This document shows, piece after piece, positions 53,689 through 63,331 of a DNA stretch of 64,000 bases. The notes beneath the pieces are model-generated. The model was given only the letters and a program-made list of their open reading frames with translations. It was not told the DNA's origin and ran no database searches. Position 1 is the first letter of the stretch; the number at the start of each line of letters is the position of its first letter. The stretch comes from a virus: positions 32,001 through 96,000 of IMG/VR virus record IMGVR_UViG_3300020437_000004, one strand, 5' to 3'. A program made the position numbers and the translations under genes.

Positions 53689-53938
53689 GTGTCGTTACTG
53701 GTAACACCTTGTATTTAGGTTCGTCACAATCAGATCTATTATTCCAGTGTCTTATGACACCAGAAATGATAAAACAATTAGTAACCAGATAAGAAATGAA
53801 AATAACAGAGCGGACGGCAGCAACATAGTTGTCATATGGTTTAGTTTTATCATCACTAAAACTTCCTAGACTATACTTCCAGACCTTACCAATATTAGAT
53901 ATCACCTGGTTTCCTATTTTCGGAGTAATACTCATCAA
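53624..53938 (-). CDS. membrane hypothetical
   Basis: WKYSLGSFSDDKT..YDN...TNCFIISGVIRHWN. Confidence 0.6.
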   Translation of the reverse strand: MMSITPKIGNQVISNIGKVWKYSLGSFSDDKTKPYDNYVAAVRSVIFISYLVTNCFIISGVIRHWNNRSDCDEPKYKVLPVTTHVTQDRSRAPDGWRGGISKTS

Positions 53939-54566
53939 ACTTCATTTTAGGGTAGCGTGCTGCTAGTTTCAGAGTATTGATATAGATAACTTCATCCATA
54001 CGGACGTCAAGTGCAGCACATGCATTCTGTGCATACCATAGGACGTCACCCAACTCTTTGATAAGGTGATCCTTGGTATCCTCATTCCATGGTTTGCCTT
54101 GGTATTTAAGTTTCTTTACGATCTCCATAAACTCACCGCCTTCTGCAGACATTCCTGAGGCAGCAGTGTCAAGACGATTGATATCGCAACCGTTTGCAGT
54201 CAACTCATCCATCCGTGCCTTAAAGACTTTGTAGTCTTTACTAGGGTTAGAGCATGTTTGATCTACAAATTCAGCATACCTATCAAAGTTAATGTTGATT
54301 TTGTTGGCACCTGACTTCTTATTTTTCTCAGCAGTCTTCATCTTCTGCCTTACCTTTTGCTTAGTCTTATAAGCACTATTAAAGCGTTGATCAGTTACAA
54401 CATCTTCTGCATCCTTAGGTGCTTCTTCTGCTGCTTCTTTCGCTGCTCGCTCAAAGTTTTCTGCAGCGTCCGTTGCAGCATTAGAAAACTTCTCTGCTTG
54501 TTGTTGGATGTCATCACCACCACCTGTCTCTGGTGCAGGGGCAAAACCGCCAGGATTAACCTTCAT
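53895..54566 (-). CDS. mazG: MazG-like NTP pyrophosphohydrolase with N-terminal extension
   Basis: GMSAEGGEFMEIVKK...ELGDVLWY...NTLKLAARYP. Confidence 0.9.
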   Translation of the reverse strand: MKVNPGGFAPAPETGGGDDIQQQAEKFSNAATDAAENFERAAKEAAEEAPKDAEDVVTDQRFNSAYKTKQKVRQKMKTAEKNKKSGANKININFDRYAEFVDQTCSNPSKDYKVFKARMDELTANGCDINRLDTAASGMSAEGGEFMEIVKKLKYQGKPWNEDTKDHLIKELGDVLWYAQNACAALDVRMDEVIYINTLKLAARYPKMKFDEYYSENRKPGDI

Positions 54567-55930
54567 ATTTTAAAACCTTGAAATTTGGATTTGGTATCGG
54601 TTGTAAATTCTTCTTGATTAGCATCAAGAATATTGTCTTGAGCAGACTGCTCACAATCATACAGCCTCATCTTCGCTCTGTCAATACCTAACACAAAACG
54701 TTTGTTGACTGTAGGATCATTATATCTATTTTTTAACTGTTTGACCATGATTTGATTCATGTTTTCTAGATCTTCAGTTGCAATAAGTGCAAACATAAGA
54801 TCAGCAGTTGCAGGCAGACCGAAAGACTCGCTAGTATCAGTAAGCTCCACGTCACTATTGCCGTAGCCTGAGCGAGTGGTTTGCGTAGCGGACACGATCG
54901 GGACTCTAAATTCGCCTGCGAGTCCTCGTAACTCTTCGGCAACTGATTTGACATAAGTATAGGAATTCACAATGTTGTTTTTATATCGTGACGATGCACA
55001 GATATTAAGATAGTCTACAAAGATAATGTCAGGATGAAAACCTTTCTTCAGTGACAACTCATTGAGTAGAGACTTGAAGTGATTAACATGTGCAGATGCA
55101 GTGGGATACTCCTTGATAACAAGGCGACCCTGTGTCTTCTCTGACAACTTGTCTATCTTAGATTGATACTTACTCTTACTGAATAAGGGATCACTTAGTT
55201 GTTGGATTGGGACGTCGAGGAGGTTGGCATCAATTCGCTCAGCAATCTTCTCCTCTGCCATTTCAAGTGTAATGTAGAGAACGTTTCTGCCCTGCAAGAG
55301 GCAGGCACTAGCGACGTGGCACATGAATAGACTTTTCCCGACACCTGTACCAGCAAGTGCGATATTGAGAGTCTTATTAGGTAACCCACCTTTTGTAATT
55401 TTGTTGAAGAAGTCGAGATCAAATGGGATCTTTTCTTCTTTTCTGTGATAGAAGTCATATCTTGACTCTGAATCCTCAATGTAATCGTGTCCTACATGGT
55501 CATCAAAGCACACACTAAGTGCGTCCGACATAATTGACGGAATTGCATCCTGATTACGAGTCTTATCCTGACCATCAGCAATTTGGACAGACTCCATGAG
55601 AGCATTATAAATCGCTCGCTCTTTACACCACTTCTCAGTAGTGTCAAGCAACCAATCTTCATTATACTCCGTCCTATCTAGTCCTTTAAGGATTTGTAGG
55701 ACTTGATTAACAGCATCCTCTGTCAAATCTTTACGCTTCTCAACCTCTAGAGCAATAGCATTAGGCTCTGGGAGGTTGTCATACTCATTAACAAATTCAG
55801 ATATCTCTTTGAAGACTACCTTCTGTGATAGATCATCAAAGTATTCTTCTTTCACGAAAGGTAAAACCTTTCTCATGTAATCTGGATTACAAATCAGATT
55901 ACTAATAACAATTTCTTCTATACCTGGCAT
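54563..55930 (-). CDS. gp41: replicative DNA helicase
   Basis: AGTGVGKS, LYITLEMAEE, IKEYPT, VDYLNI, AEELRG, SATQTTRSG, KQLKNRY. Confidence 0.97.
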   Translation of the reverse strand: MPGIEEIVISNLICNPDYMRKVLPFVKEEYFDDLSQKVVFKEISEFVNEYDNLPEPNAIALEVEKRKDLTEDAVNQVLQILKGLDRTEYNEDWLLDTTEKWCKERAIYNALMESVQIADGQDKTRNQDAIPSIMSDALSVCFDDHVGHDYIEDSESRYDFYHRKEEKIPFDLDFFNKITKGGLPNKTLNIALAGTGVGKSLFMCHVASACLLQGRNVLYITLEMAEEKIAERIDANLLDVPIQQLSDPLFSKSKYQSKIDKLSEKTQGRLVIKEYPTASAHVNHFKSLLNELSLKKGFHPDIIFVDYLNICASSRYKNNIVNSYTYVKSVAEELRGLAGEFRVPIVSATQTTRSGYGNSDVELTDTSESFGLPATADLMFALIATEDLENMNQIMVKQLKNRYNDPTVNKRFVLGIDRAKMRLYDCEQSAQDNILDANQEEFTTDTKSKFQGFKI

Positions 55931-56505
55931 TATTGATAGTGTAGATATGTGCCTACAATGTATTTGTCATTGCTAATAGGTTGCTCTCCGAGATGAGGAT
56001 ACATCCATACAGGAGGGAAGCATAGCACACTACCTTGCTTTGGTTTTACCTTAAGATCTAGAGCAGGAAAGGTAGTCTCTCCTCCCTCATTGACATCATT
56101 AAGATAGAAAAACATAACAAGGAAGCGACGTGCCGTAGCATAGTCACCTACATCAATGTGAATATCAAATCGATCCTCAGTATCAACTGAATACTTCTTC
56201 ATACGGATCTGCTCAATACTATTCTTAGGTGGCCAAAAGGGTGAGCACCCTGTATCACGCATATAAAATTCGGATACGTTTTGAATAGCAGTAATAATTT
56301 GATTCTGGATCGCTGTCCATTTCTGATTCTTATCTCTCTCAGCAAGGAGAGTGATATTCATCTGGGTAAACTGCGGTTTGTGAGAATTCTCCCAACGATC
56401 CTGTGCATCAGGTGTCTCGTTGAAGAGTTTAATCGCATTGTTGCAGCAGTTTGGGTCGAGTGCATTATCATACACTCGGATAAAATCTTTTAAATCACTC
56501 GCCAT
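55930..56505 (-). CDS. Fe(II)/2OG oxygenase
   Basis: FDIHIDV...[19 protein letters not shown]...[11 protein letters not shown]...KYIVGTY. Confidence 0.85.
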   Translation of the reverse strand: MASDLKDFIRVYDNALDPNCCNNAIKLFNETPDAQDRWENSHKPQFTQMNITLLAERDKNQKWTAIQNQIITAIQNVSEFYMRDTGCSPFWPPKNSIEQIRMKKYSVDTEDRFDIHIDVGDYATARRFLVMFFYLNDVNEGGETTFPALDLKVKPKQGSVLCFPPVWMYPHLGEQPISNDKYIVGTYLHYQ

Positions 56506-57514
56506 AACAGAATTCTTTTTTAGCGGCTTCGTCCAATTCATGCATTACTTCTTCTGTGAAGTACTTCTCGGGATCAGCGAGAATAGACTTAGGATAAACA
56601 GAAGATTCACCAACACGGTAGCGATTACCGATCCGTTGGAAGATTCCATACTTCTCACCCAATTCCAGTAACCCATAATACTTGTCCAGTCCGCGTTCGT
56701 CATAGAATAACCTCGTCTCTACTTGTGAATTTTCTTTTGTAAGTCGAGACTTTGCTGCCTTGACCTTGATAATATTCCCAACCACATCCGTACCATCTTT
56801 CTCCTTCTTTTTGGAAAGATATACGATAGTGGAAGCAGCATACTTAAGACCACTACCGCCACCCATTTCCTTCGTGGGCACATAACTACCGACAACATCA
56901 TAGGTGTGATTAGTAACGATCATAGGTACATTAGCAAGACCTAGTTTCAGTGTCAAGACCCTAAAGGCACCCTTAAGGACTTGTGCTCTAGTCATATCTC
57001 GTGTGTCTTTGCCTGCCTCTGTGTCTCCAATCTCTTTTGTAGTGGATAGCATGCCCAATGAATCCAACACAAACATCAATGGTTTGCGATCAGATTCCTT
57101 CTGAGTTAAGTATTTATCAACAATCTTAACTGCCTGAGTGCGGAATTCCTGCACAGTAGTGACAGGCACAATGATCATGCGTTTAGAATCGATGCCTCTC
57201 TCCTCAATCATACTGCGAGAGATAGCAGACTCTGACTCAAAATAAATGACACCTGCATCAGGGTCAGTCTCTAGGAAGTGACGGACAACAGAGAGTGCAT
57301 AGAATGTTTTACCTGTGCTACTCTCACCTGCTAGTGCTGTGATCTTATTAGAAGGTAGACCACCATAGATACTGCCACTCAATAGAGCGTTAAGAATATA
57401 AGATCCAGTATCTACATATTGAGTAATGTCACCTGCAGTGATACCTTCAGAGGCAACTGCTGCGTATTCATTATCAATCTCCTTTACAATTTCAGTGAAA
57501 AAACTACTTGTCAT
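56495..57514 (-). CDS. uvsX: RecA-like recombinase
   Basis: [42 protein letters not shown]; start at MTSSFF. Confidence 0.95.
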   Translation of the reverse strand: MTSSFFTEIVKEIDNEYAAVASEGITAGDITQYVDTGSYILNALLSGSIYGGLPSNKITALAGESSTGKTFYALSVVRHFLETDPDAGVIYFESESAISRSMIEERGIDSKRMIIVPVTTVQEFRTQAVKIVDKYLTQKESDRKPLMFVLDSLGMLSTTKEIGDTEAGKDTRDMTRAQVLKGAFRVLTLKLGLANVPMIVTNHTYDVVGSYVPTKEMGGGSGLKYAASTIVYLSKKKEKDGTDVVGNIIKVKAAKSRLTKENSQVETRLFYDERGLDKYYGLLELGEKYGIFQRIGNRYRVGESSVYPKSILADPEKYFTEEVMHELDEAAKKEFCYGE

Positions 57515-57516
57515 AA

Positions 57517-60036
57517 TTAACCAAACATGGCTTCTAGTGTGGCACGCTTCTTGGCAGACCAACCGATCTGGTCAAGAATAACGGAAAGTGGATCAAGAAA
57601 TGCTTTAGAAAATTGCATATCATAATCAATGTAATCCTCAAGTTTAAACTCCGAGGGGAGTGTCCTAAAGAAAGAGATGACATTTTGGAAGTCACCCTTC
57701 TCCCCATGGCGACCAAGTTTGTTAGGTGTCTTGAGGAAGACATACTTGATCTTTTCACCCTCTTGAATGAGGGGATACTTATGGGTAAGTTTATTCTTTT
57801 TAATAGAGTTATTATATAGTAGCACACCTCGGACGTGAATGGGGCAATGTGCTCCATACAATTTCTTTGGATCGTGATACTTCTTTAGGTTATTGCATGA
57901 TCGAGGGAATGCAATCTCGTCTGTGGGCAGTTGTTTAAACTGCTTCTCGAAGTCTTTGACAAACTTCTGCACCTGACGCTCGTCTGTATTCATCATGAGT
58001 TTTAGGACATCACGGAGTGCTCCACGACATGATGATGGAGTAGAGGATTTGACTGCCTCAATACCCATGATCTTTAGGGAAGGCTCTTGATACCTGACAC
58101 CCTCACTGTCCCATACGTTTAGAATATATCTTTTCTTAGCAGTCCAGACACCACGATTAGCGATGTTTTCTCGCTTCATAAACATCTTCTGCTCGTAGGC
58201 ATTTACATAGGTTGCCAATTCTTCATAAGAATTCTGAATATACTTTTCAAATTCCACATCACACACCTTCGTAAGGAACCGCAATACGCTTTGATCGCTC
58301 TCCTCTCGCTCTTTGAATATCTTTTTAACCAGAGGATCCATATGCAAATAAATGGAATCGGTATCAGAAGCAATAACATAATCTTTATCTTCTGTCTCTA
58401 ATAGTTTATTAAGAAATTTGTTTATCTTATTTTCAATCCATCGGATAGAGACCTGACCAGATAGAGTGATTGCCTCAGCGTTTGCCAAGTTATAGTAACG
58501 GAAGTATTGATTACCAATAGCACCATAGGCACTATTAAGTTGAATCTTCCTTGCCATTTGGATGTTGTTGAAGGTGGAGATATCATTCTTTAGTTTGGGA
58601 TCACCAGTCTTCTCAAACTCCTGCTTGGCAGCGAGCATTTTCTTCTTATAGATCTTCCTTTCATCGTAGATGCGTTGCATCATCTCAGGAAGAAATCCAT
58701 GTATATCCTTACGATACTGAGCACCATTAGCACAGACAGCGTAATCAGGATGGGCAGTAAACTCTTCGTCAAGGATCCTATCTACTGATACTCGTGGGTG
58801 TCTCTCATCGATAAGTGTCTCGGGAGAGATGTTATACTGCATTATAAGGTGAGGATACAGAGAATTCAAGTCGAAACTACACACCCAGTCATAAACACCA
58901 GGCACAGGCTCTTTGACGTATGCCCCTGCATACTTATCATCCTTGTCGGATGTTTGCTTAGGGGGCACAACAATATTCTTTTGATACAAATCATTATAGA
59001 TGAGAGTATCCCACATCTTTACTTGTGAGAATACATCATCAATGTTTACCTTGGCATCGTATGCCATGGTGACTGCCAACTCAACAAGTTTCATCTTGCC
59101 TTCCAGACGGTCAACCAATTCAACGTCATGGATGTTGTAGTCTACAAACTTTTGCCAGTCAGATGTATAGAAGTCCTTGAAGTTTTCATACATGCTGTGA
59201 TCAAGTTTGTGCTCACCCAATTCAACAGTAGAGATATGCTCTAGACTGTAGGATTCCTGTGCAGAATAGGTAAACTTTTTGTATAGATCAAGGTAGTCAA
59301 GGATAGTAACACCAAGAATATCGTAGACAAGATTTGCTCGGCCTTGCACATTTACTGTGCGGTCTTTTACAACATTCCAAGGTGAGAGACTCTTCATCCA
59401 CTTCTCTCCTAGGATCTTCTCAATTCTACGACAGATATAAGGCATGTCATAGAAGTTATTATTCCACCCTGTGATGATGTCAGGGGTGTCATGCACCCAA
59501 TGCTTATGGAAGTCCTGCAGCATTTCATGCTCAGTGTTGAAGACACGATACTCCACACCTTCGGGAGGATCATACTCTCGTGTGCCCCATGAAATGATCT
59601 TCTTACTGATCATATTCTTCATGGTGATACACAACATGTCTTCTTGACATGCATCTACATCAGGGAATCCATTCTCACATGCAACCTCGATATCGATTGT
59701 CCATATACTCATCTTAGACATGTCATAGTTGACACGAGTAGGGTATTTCTGGGCGATATGTTGGAATACAAACCGCTCATACCCATGGACTTCCATTCCT
59801 TCTACGTCGGAATACTTCTGCAGGAAGTCTCGTGCCTCACGGACACCATCAAACTTTTTCTTATGTGCATACCTACCATCCAGAGTCTTATACTTGGATG
59901 GTTTTGATTGATTTGCAGGCACCAAGTAGAGTGAAGGGGAGGTCTTCTCACGGTATTGCACACGCTCACCGTTACGGTATCCCCTTACCAACGCAGTGTC
60001 ACCAAAGATGATTACGTTAGTGTAAAAATCACTCAT
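57517..60036 (-). CDS. gp43: family B DNA polymerase
   Basis: DIEV exonuclease motif, [27 protein letters not shown]; no intein. Confidence 0.98.
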   Translation of the reverse strand: MSDFYTNVIIFGDTALVRGYRNGERVQYREKTSPSLYLVPANQSKPSKYKTLDGRYAHKKKFDGVREARDFLQKYSDVEGMEVHGYERFVFQHIAQKYPTRVNYDMSKMSIWTIDIEVACENGFPDVDACQEDMLCITMKNMISKKIISWGTREYDPPEGVEYRVFNTEHEMLQDFHKHWVHDTPDIITGWNNNFYDMPYICRRIEKILGEKWMKSLSPWNVVKDRTVNVQGRANLVYDILGVTILDYLDLYKKFTYSAQESYSLEHISTVELGEHKLDHSMYENFKDFYTSDWQKFVDYNIHDVELVDRLEGKMKLVELAVTMAYDAKVNIDDVFSQVKMWDTLIYNDLYQKNIVVPPKQTSDKDDKYAGAYVKEPVPGVYDWVCSFDLNSLYPHLIMQYNISPETLIDERHPRVSVDRILDEEFTAHPDYAVCANGAQYRKDIHGFLPEMMQRIYDERKIYKKKMLAAKQEFEKTGDPKLKNDISTFNNIQMARKIQLNSAYGAIGNQYFRYYNLANAEAITLSGQVSIRWIENKINKFLNKLLETEDKDYVIASDTDSIYLHMDPLVKKIFKEREESDQSVLRFLTKVCDVEFEKYIQNSYEELATYVNAYEQKMFMKRENIANRGVWTAKKRYILNVWDSEGVRYQEPSLKIMGIEAVKSSTPSSCRGALRDVLKLMMNTDERQVQKFVKDFEKQFKQLPTDEIAFPRSCNNLKKYHDPKKLYGAHCPIHVRGVLLYNNSIKKNKLTHKYPLIQEGEKIKYVFLKTPNKLGRHGEKGDFQNVISFFRTLPSEFKLEDYIDYDMQFSKAFLDPLSVILDQIGWSAKKRATLEAMFG

Positions 60037-60301
60037 TCTTGTCTGTCTTCTTCTCTTTGGATTCTAGCATTACTAGGTATTGTTTTGCAACCTTTGCCGA
60101 GGGATCTACTACCGTTAATACATCAGTACTGTCGATGAATAGGTCGTCTTGATCGCTATAATATGGAAACTTCTTGAGTCCATCCTCTGTTACCTCGTGG
60201 CAGTTTTGGATCAGGAAACTAGGCTCCTCATCCATCTCCACTAGGTCACCCAATAACGAGACCTTCGGGTGGTACTTCAGAATAATCAACTTTAACATCA
60301 T
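60029..60301 (-). CDS. hypothetical
   Basis: 90-aa ORF directly upstream of gp43. Confidence 0.6.
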   Translation of the reverse strand: MMLKLIILKYHPKVSLLGDLVEMDEEPSFLIQNCHEVTEDGLKKFPYYSDQDDLFIDSTDVLTVVDPSAKVAKQYLVMLESKEKKTDKNE

Positions 60302-60641
60302 CTTTTCGTGATTTTTTAATGGTTTTCAATGCGTCTTCATATCGCTTGAGGACTTCCCAATGTGGATCAGCAATACTCACAACGTGTTGTAGAGAAATAA
60401 AATTAGATCCTACAGTCAATGGGAAGAATGGATAAAATCTCATACGAATATTACCAAGAGGGTTAGATTTACCCGCCTCCTCGACAAGATACTCTTGGTC
60501 ATTCATTTCTAATTGAATAGAGAAAGAGTCTTTAAATTCATATGCAAGGACACGAGCTTCATCACCTTCGGAGTCTCTAACTTCCTTGATGTCAGCGATT
60601 ACGTCCTCGCCGTTTGCCATTCTTGCTACCTTTACGCTCAT
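60246..60641 (-). CDS. conserved hypothetical (Sm-like/DUF6948-like start MSVKVARMANGEDVIAD)
   Basis: Hydrophobic-basic N-terminal strand followed by GEDVIA. Confidence 0.65.
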   Translation of the reverse strand: MSVKVARMANGEDVIADIKEVRDSEGDEARVLAYEFKDSFSIQLEMNDQEYLVEEAGKSNPLGNIRMRFYPFFPLTVGSNFISLQHVVSIADPHWEVLKRYEDALKTIKKSRKDDVKVDYSEVPPEGLVIG

Positions 60642-60753
60642 AGTTTTCTTCTAGTAGGGTTAGCACCTCATCTAGTTTATCAGATGGCACGTCCAAAGTC
60701 AACATAGTTAGATCTTTGCAATGAGGTGGTGCCAGATTTACATACATGTTCAT
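60592..60753 (-). CDS. hypothetical (MNMYVNL...)
   Basis: Open frame after a terminator; overlaps the next gene by 50 nt. Confidence 0.4.
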   Translation of the reverse strand: MNMYVNLAPPHCKDLTMLTLDVPSDKLDEVLTLLEENYERKGSKNGKRRGRNR

Positions 60754-60771
60754 AGTCAGTGTCTCCAAACA

Positions 60772-60802
60772 AAAAGAGACCCCTGTGTTAAGAGTCTCTT
60801 TT
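60772..60802. terminator. hairpin with flanking A/T runs
   Basis: AAAAGAGAC-13 nt-GTCTCTTTT. Confidence 0.55.
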
Positions 60803-60837
60803 CTTGTGTAGTATATAGTATACCACAGTATAGGTCT

Positions 60838-61014
60838 ATGAAATTGTTGTCGGTGTTGAAGCACCCAGTGACCCAATTCAATCTACTTATCCTAGGAATG
60901 CTAGGGGTCATTCAAATCATACACACCCATGCACACTATAAAATGGAGATGGATGTGCACGCATACTGTAGACAGAATGCAGAGTGGGTAGAGTCCCAGT
61001 CTACTGAATATTGA
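60838..61014 (+). CDS. 58-aa plus-strand hypothetical with TM helix
   Basis: MKLLSVLKHPVTQFNLLILGMLGVIQIIHTHAHYKMEMDVHAYC; converges on hsp20. Confidence 0.6.
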   Translation: MKLLSVLKHPVTQFNLLILGMLGVIQIIHTHAHYKMEMDVHAYCRQNAEWVESQSTEY

Positions 61015-61447
61015 AGACCTTTCTCTTCTGGTGATCTGGGATAATTTTATTGAGAGTGATAGATAACATACCGTTGTTGAAGGTAACTTCACTAACCTCT
61101 ACGTCATCAGATAGATTGAATCCTCGTGTGAAGGATCTACCTGCTACACCTTTGTATACAAAGTCCTCTTTGTCTGGTTTCTCTTCTTGATCTACTGACT
61201 TGACAATTAGGATATTACTCTCTGTGCTTACCTCAATGTCTTCTGGTCTCCATCCTGCTAGTGCTAGATCGATTCTCCATTTGACGTTGGATTCCTTAAT
61301 GATATTGTATGGAGGATACTGACCACCTGGTGATCCTGCTCCATATGAATGCAGTCTGTAGAATAGATCGTCTAGTCCTACGCTGTAGCGATTGGCTGCA
61401 TCAAAAATTGCATCGACATCCTTAGATGTCCACTTAGTTAGTTTCAT
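61001..61447 (-). CDS. hsp20: small heat-shock protein
   Basis: YPPYNII, LALAGW, GVAGRSFTRGF, FNNGML.I.L. Confidence 0.95.
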   Translation of the reverse strand: MKLTKWTSKDVDAIFDAANRYSVGLDDLFYRLHSYGAGSPGGQYPPYNIIKESNVKWRIDLALAGWRPEDIEVSTESNILIVKSVDQEEKPDKEDFVYKGVAGRSFTRGFNLSDDVEVSEVTFNNGMLSITLNKIIPDHQKRKVFNIQ

Positions 61448-61476
61448 AATTCTCCTTAAAAAGCGAGTTTGATTGT

Positions 61477-61497
61477 GTGGTCCCCGAAGGCAACCAC
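61477..61497 (-). promoter_or_regulatory. hsp20 5' leader hairpin with C(UUCG)G tetraloop
   Basis: GTGGTTGCC-TTCG-GGGACCAC upstream of the AAGGAG RBS. Confidence 0.55.
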
Positions 61498-61615
61498 CTA
61501 TATTTAGCGTGTATGACTAGGTTTTGTATAGGGTAATACCCGAAGAAATATTTGGTAACAACCGTCTAATAATTATTTCGCTAAATAGAGCTAGCACATC
61601 CCTCGCGAGGATAAA

Positions 61616-62119
61616 ATGAAAAAGATTTCAGCAGTGCTCTTCGGAATGTTTATGTTGACCGCACCCGCACAGGCGGATATCACGCATCGCTTGTCCAGTA
61701 GTGTACAACTCACTGTGGATGCAGCTGCAACAAATGTACAGAGAGTTGGTAGCTCATATGCTGTCACAGGTAACAACGTTACCACACAATATACACCTTC
61801 TGGTGGTAGTGCAACAAGCTCTATTGGTAGTCTGACTGTCTCCTCAGGCGTTGGAGCGATTCCTACGTTGTCAGCGACCCAAGCAACTGCAGGGGAAAGT
61901 TTCAGCTTCTCTCAAACTTTCTATCAAGGTGATGCTCTAGGTTCTAGTGCACCGACAGTTGGTGAAGTACATAACTTCAGTAACCAGACAAGTACTGCTG
62001 CAGGTACTGCAGGCAATCTAGCTGGTACTATTGATTCATCATCAACGATGGGTCTAACAGCTGGAGGAGCAGGCACATCAGCTACTGGACAATTCACTAG
62101 CGAAATCCTAATCAAGTAG
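61616..62119 (+). CDS. signal-peptide, Ser/Thr/Gly-rich beta protein
   Basis: MKKISAVLFGMFMLTAPAQA|DITH cleavage pattern. Confidence 0.75.
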   Translation: MKKISAVLFGMFMLTAPAQADITHRLSSSVQLTVDAAATNVQRVGSSYAVTGNNVTTQYTPSGGSATSSIGSLTVSSGVGAIPTLSATQATAGESFSFSQTFYQGDALGSSAPTVGEVHNFSNQTSTAAGTAGNLAGTIDSSSTMGLTAGGAGTSATGQFTSEILIK

Positions 62120-62120
62120 G

Positions 62121-62585
62121 ATGATAAAGAGGTTTACTATAGGCATGTTGTTACTGTGTAGCAGTGCTGCACAGGCAGTGCCTGTAGTACCTAATTTTCA
62201 GCAAGGCCAAATGACTAGCCATACAGAAACTACTTCTGAAGTGACTGAGGTCATAAATTCGATGGATTACTCCACAGGATATACATACAGTATATCAGGT
62301 CATGGGGTGAAACCACAGGACAATGGGACAATCACACCTGGTGCAACAAGCAGCATTGGAGTGACCGCACCACAAACGTCTACAACTAGTAATGGAATTA
62401 ATTCGACATGGACAGGATTAAACCTAGACCCAAGCAACAAACCAACGTGGGTCCAAAGCACACCTGGTGGAAACTTCAGTTTCATGGAAACGTATCACGG
62501 ACCAGGTCTGCAAAATCACACGATCATCGAGAGAACAACAAAAATTCAAAGCGTAACAGATACCACAAGTATCTTTACCCAGTAA
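62121..62585 (+). CDS. signal-peptide protein
   Basis: MIKRFTIGMLLLCSSAAQA|VPVVPNF. Confidence 0.75.
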   Translation: MIKRFTIGMLLLCSSAAQAVPVVPNFQQGQMTSHTETTSEVTEVINSMDYSTGYTYSISGHGVKPQDNGTITPGATSSIGVTAPQTSTTSNGINSTWTGLNLDPSNKPTWVQSTPGGNFSFMETYHGPGLQNHTIIERTTKIQSVTDTTSIFTQ

Positions 62586-63331
62586 TTGCACTAGCATTTG
62601 CAGCACCAGTTAACGCTGAGACTGTAGGTGGTGTGTCTGCGACAGCAAACCCAGTCGCGAATAGCTCAGGCTCAGTGACCAACCAGGCAATTCAAGTTTT
62701 ACAAGGACCGTATATCCAGAATGGATATGGTGATGGTATTGTGTGTCAGGGACCTACCGCTAATTTTACTCCATATGTCACTAGGTCAACTTCATGGAAT
62801 TTTCCTTACGAACCGACCTATCAAGATCCTGTATACAACATGCTTGACCTTGTTGGAGACTTTGATGACAATGGCAACGCAATTCCAGACGGGATTCCCG
62901 ATCATCCAGGTCAGATTTTGTATCATAGAGAAATAAGAACGGGACAAAAAGATAACTATAACTGGAATGCAGGTTTCTCTGCCACTATTTCATGGCCATT
63001 GGACGGAGAAGCACAGGAATTGTGTAAGGAAGCAGCAAGAAATCACAACATGTTGCGTGAGCAAATGACTGCTAATCGTAGATTAGAATTTGAGCTTACA
63101 AGATTATCCAGATGTGGTGAGCTTGCCCAGAATGGTATTACATTCGCAACTTGGAGTCCTTATTTTGACCTATGTAAGGATGTGGTAGTGAATCCTAAGA
63201 TGATTCAAGGTGTGCCACATACACATAGTATCAATCCAGTTTCCTCTTCAAAGGTGGTAACCCCCTCTTCGAACGGTAACGGTCAGTCCTCCTCTCTGAA
63301 AGAGATAAGTGTCGGGGATGTGACCCCTTAG
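62408..63331 (+). CDS. signal-peptide protein (true start uncertain)
   Basis: KYLYPVIALAFAAPVNA|ETVGG signal; Cys pairs; coiled coil after GFSATISWPLD. Confidence 0.7.
   Translation: MDRIKPRPKQQTNVGPKHTWWKLQFHGNVSRTRSAKSHDHRENNKNSKRNRYHKYLYPVIALAFAAPVNAETVGGVSATANPVANSSGSVTNQAIQVLQGPYIQNGYGDGIVCQGPTANFTPYVTRSTSWNFPYEPTYQDPVYNMLDLVGDFDDNGNAIPDGIPDHPGQILYHREIRTGQKDNYNWNAGFSATISWPLDGEAQELCKEAARNHNMLREQMTANRRLEFELTRLSRCGELAQNGITFATWSPYFDLCKDVVVNPKMIQGVPHTHSINPVSSSKVVTPSSNGNGQSSSLKEISVGDVTP

Noticed and set aside
57534-57857. Alternative-frame ORFs within gp43 and other core genes
   Set aside because: Short overlapping frames with no recognisable motifs or initiation signals.
42029-60036. Introns, inteins or homing endonucleases in nrdA, nrdB, gp41, gp43 (and psbA)
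   Set aside because: All are uninterrupted and of normal length with contiguous motifs.
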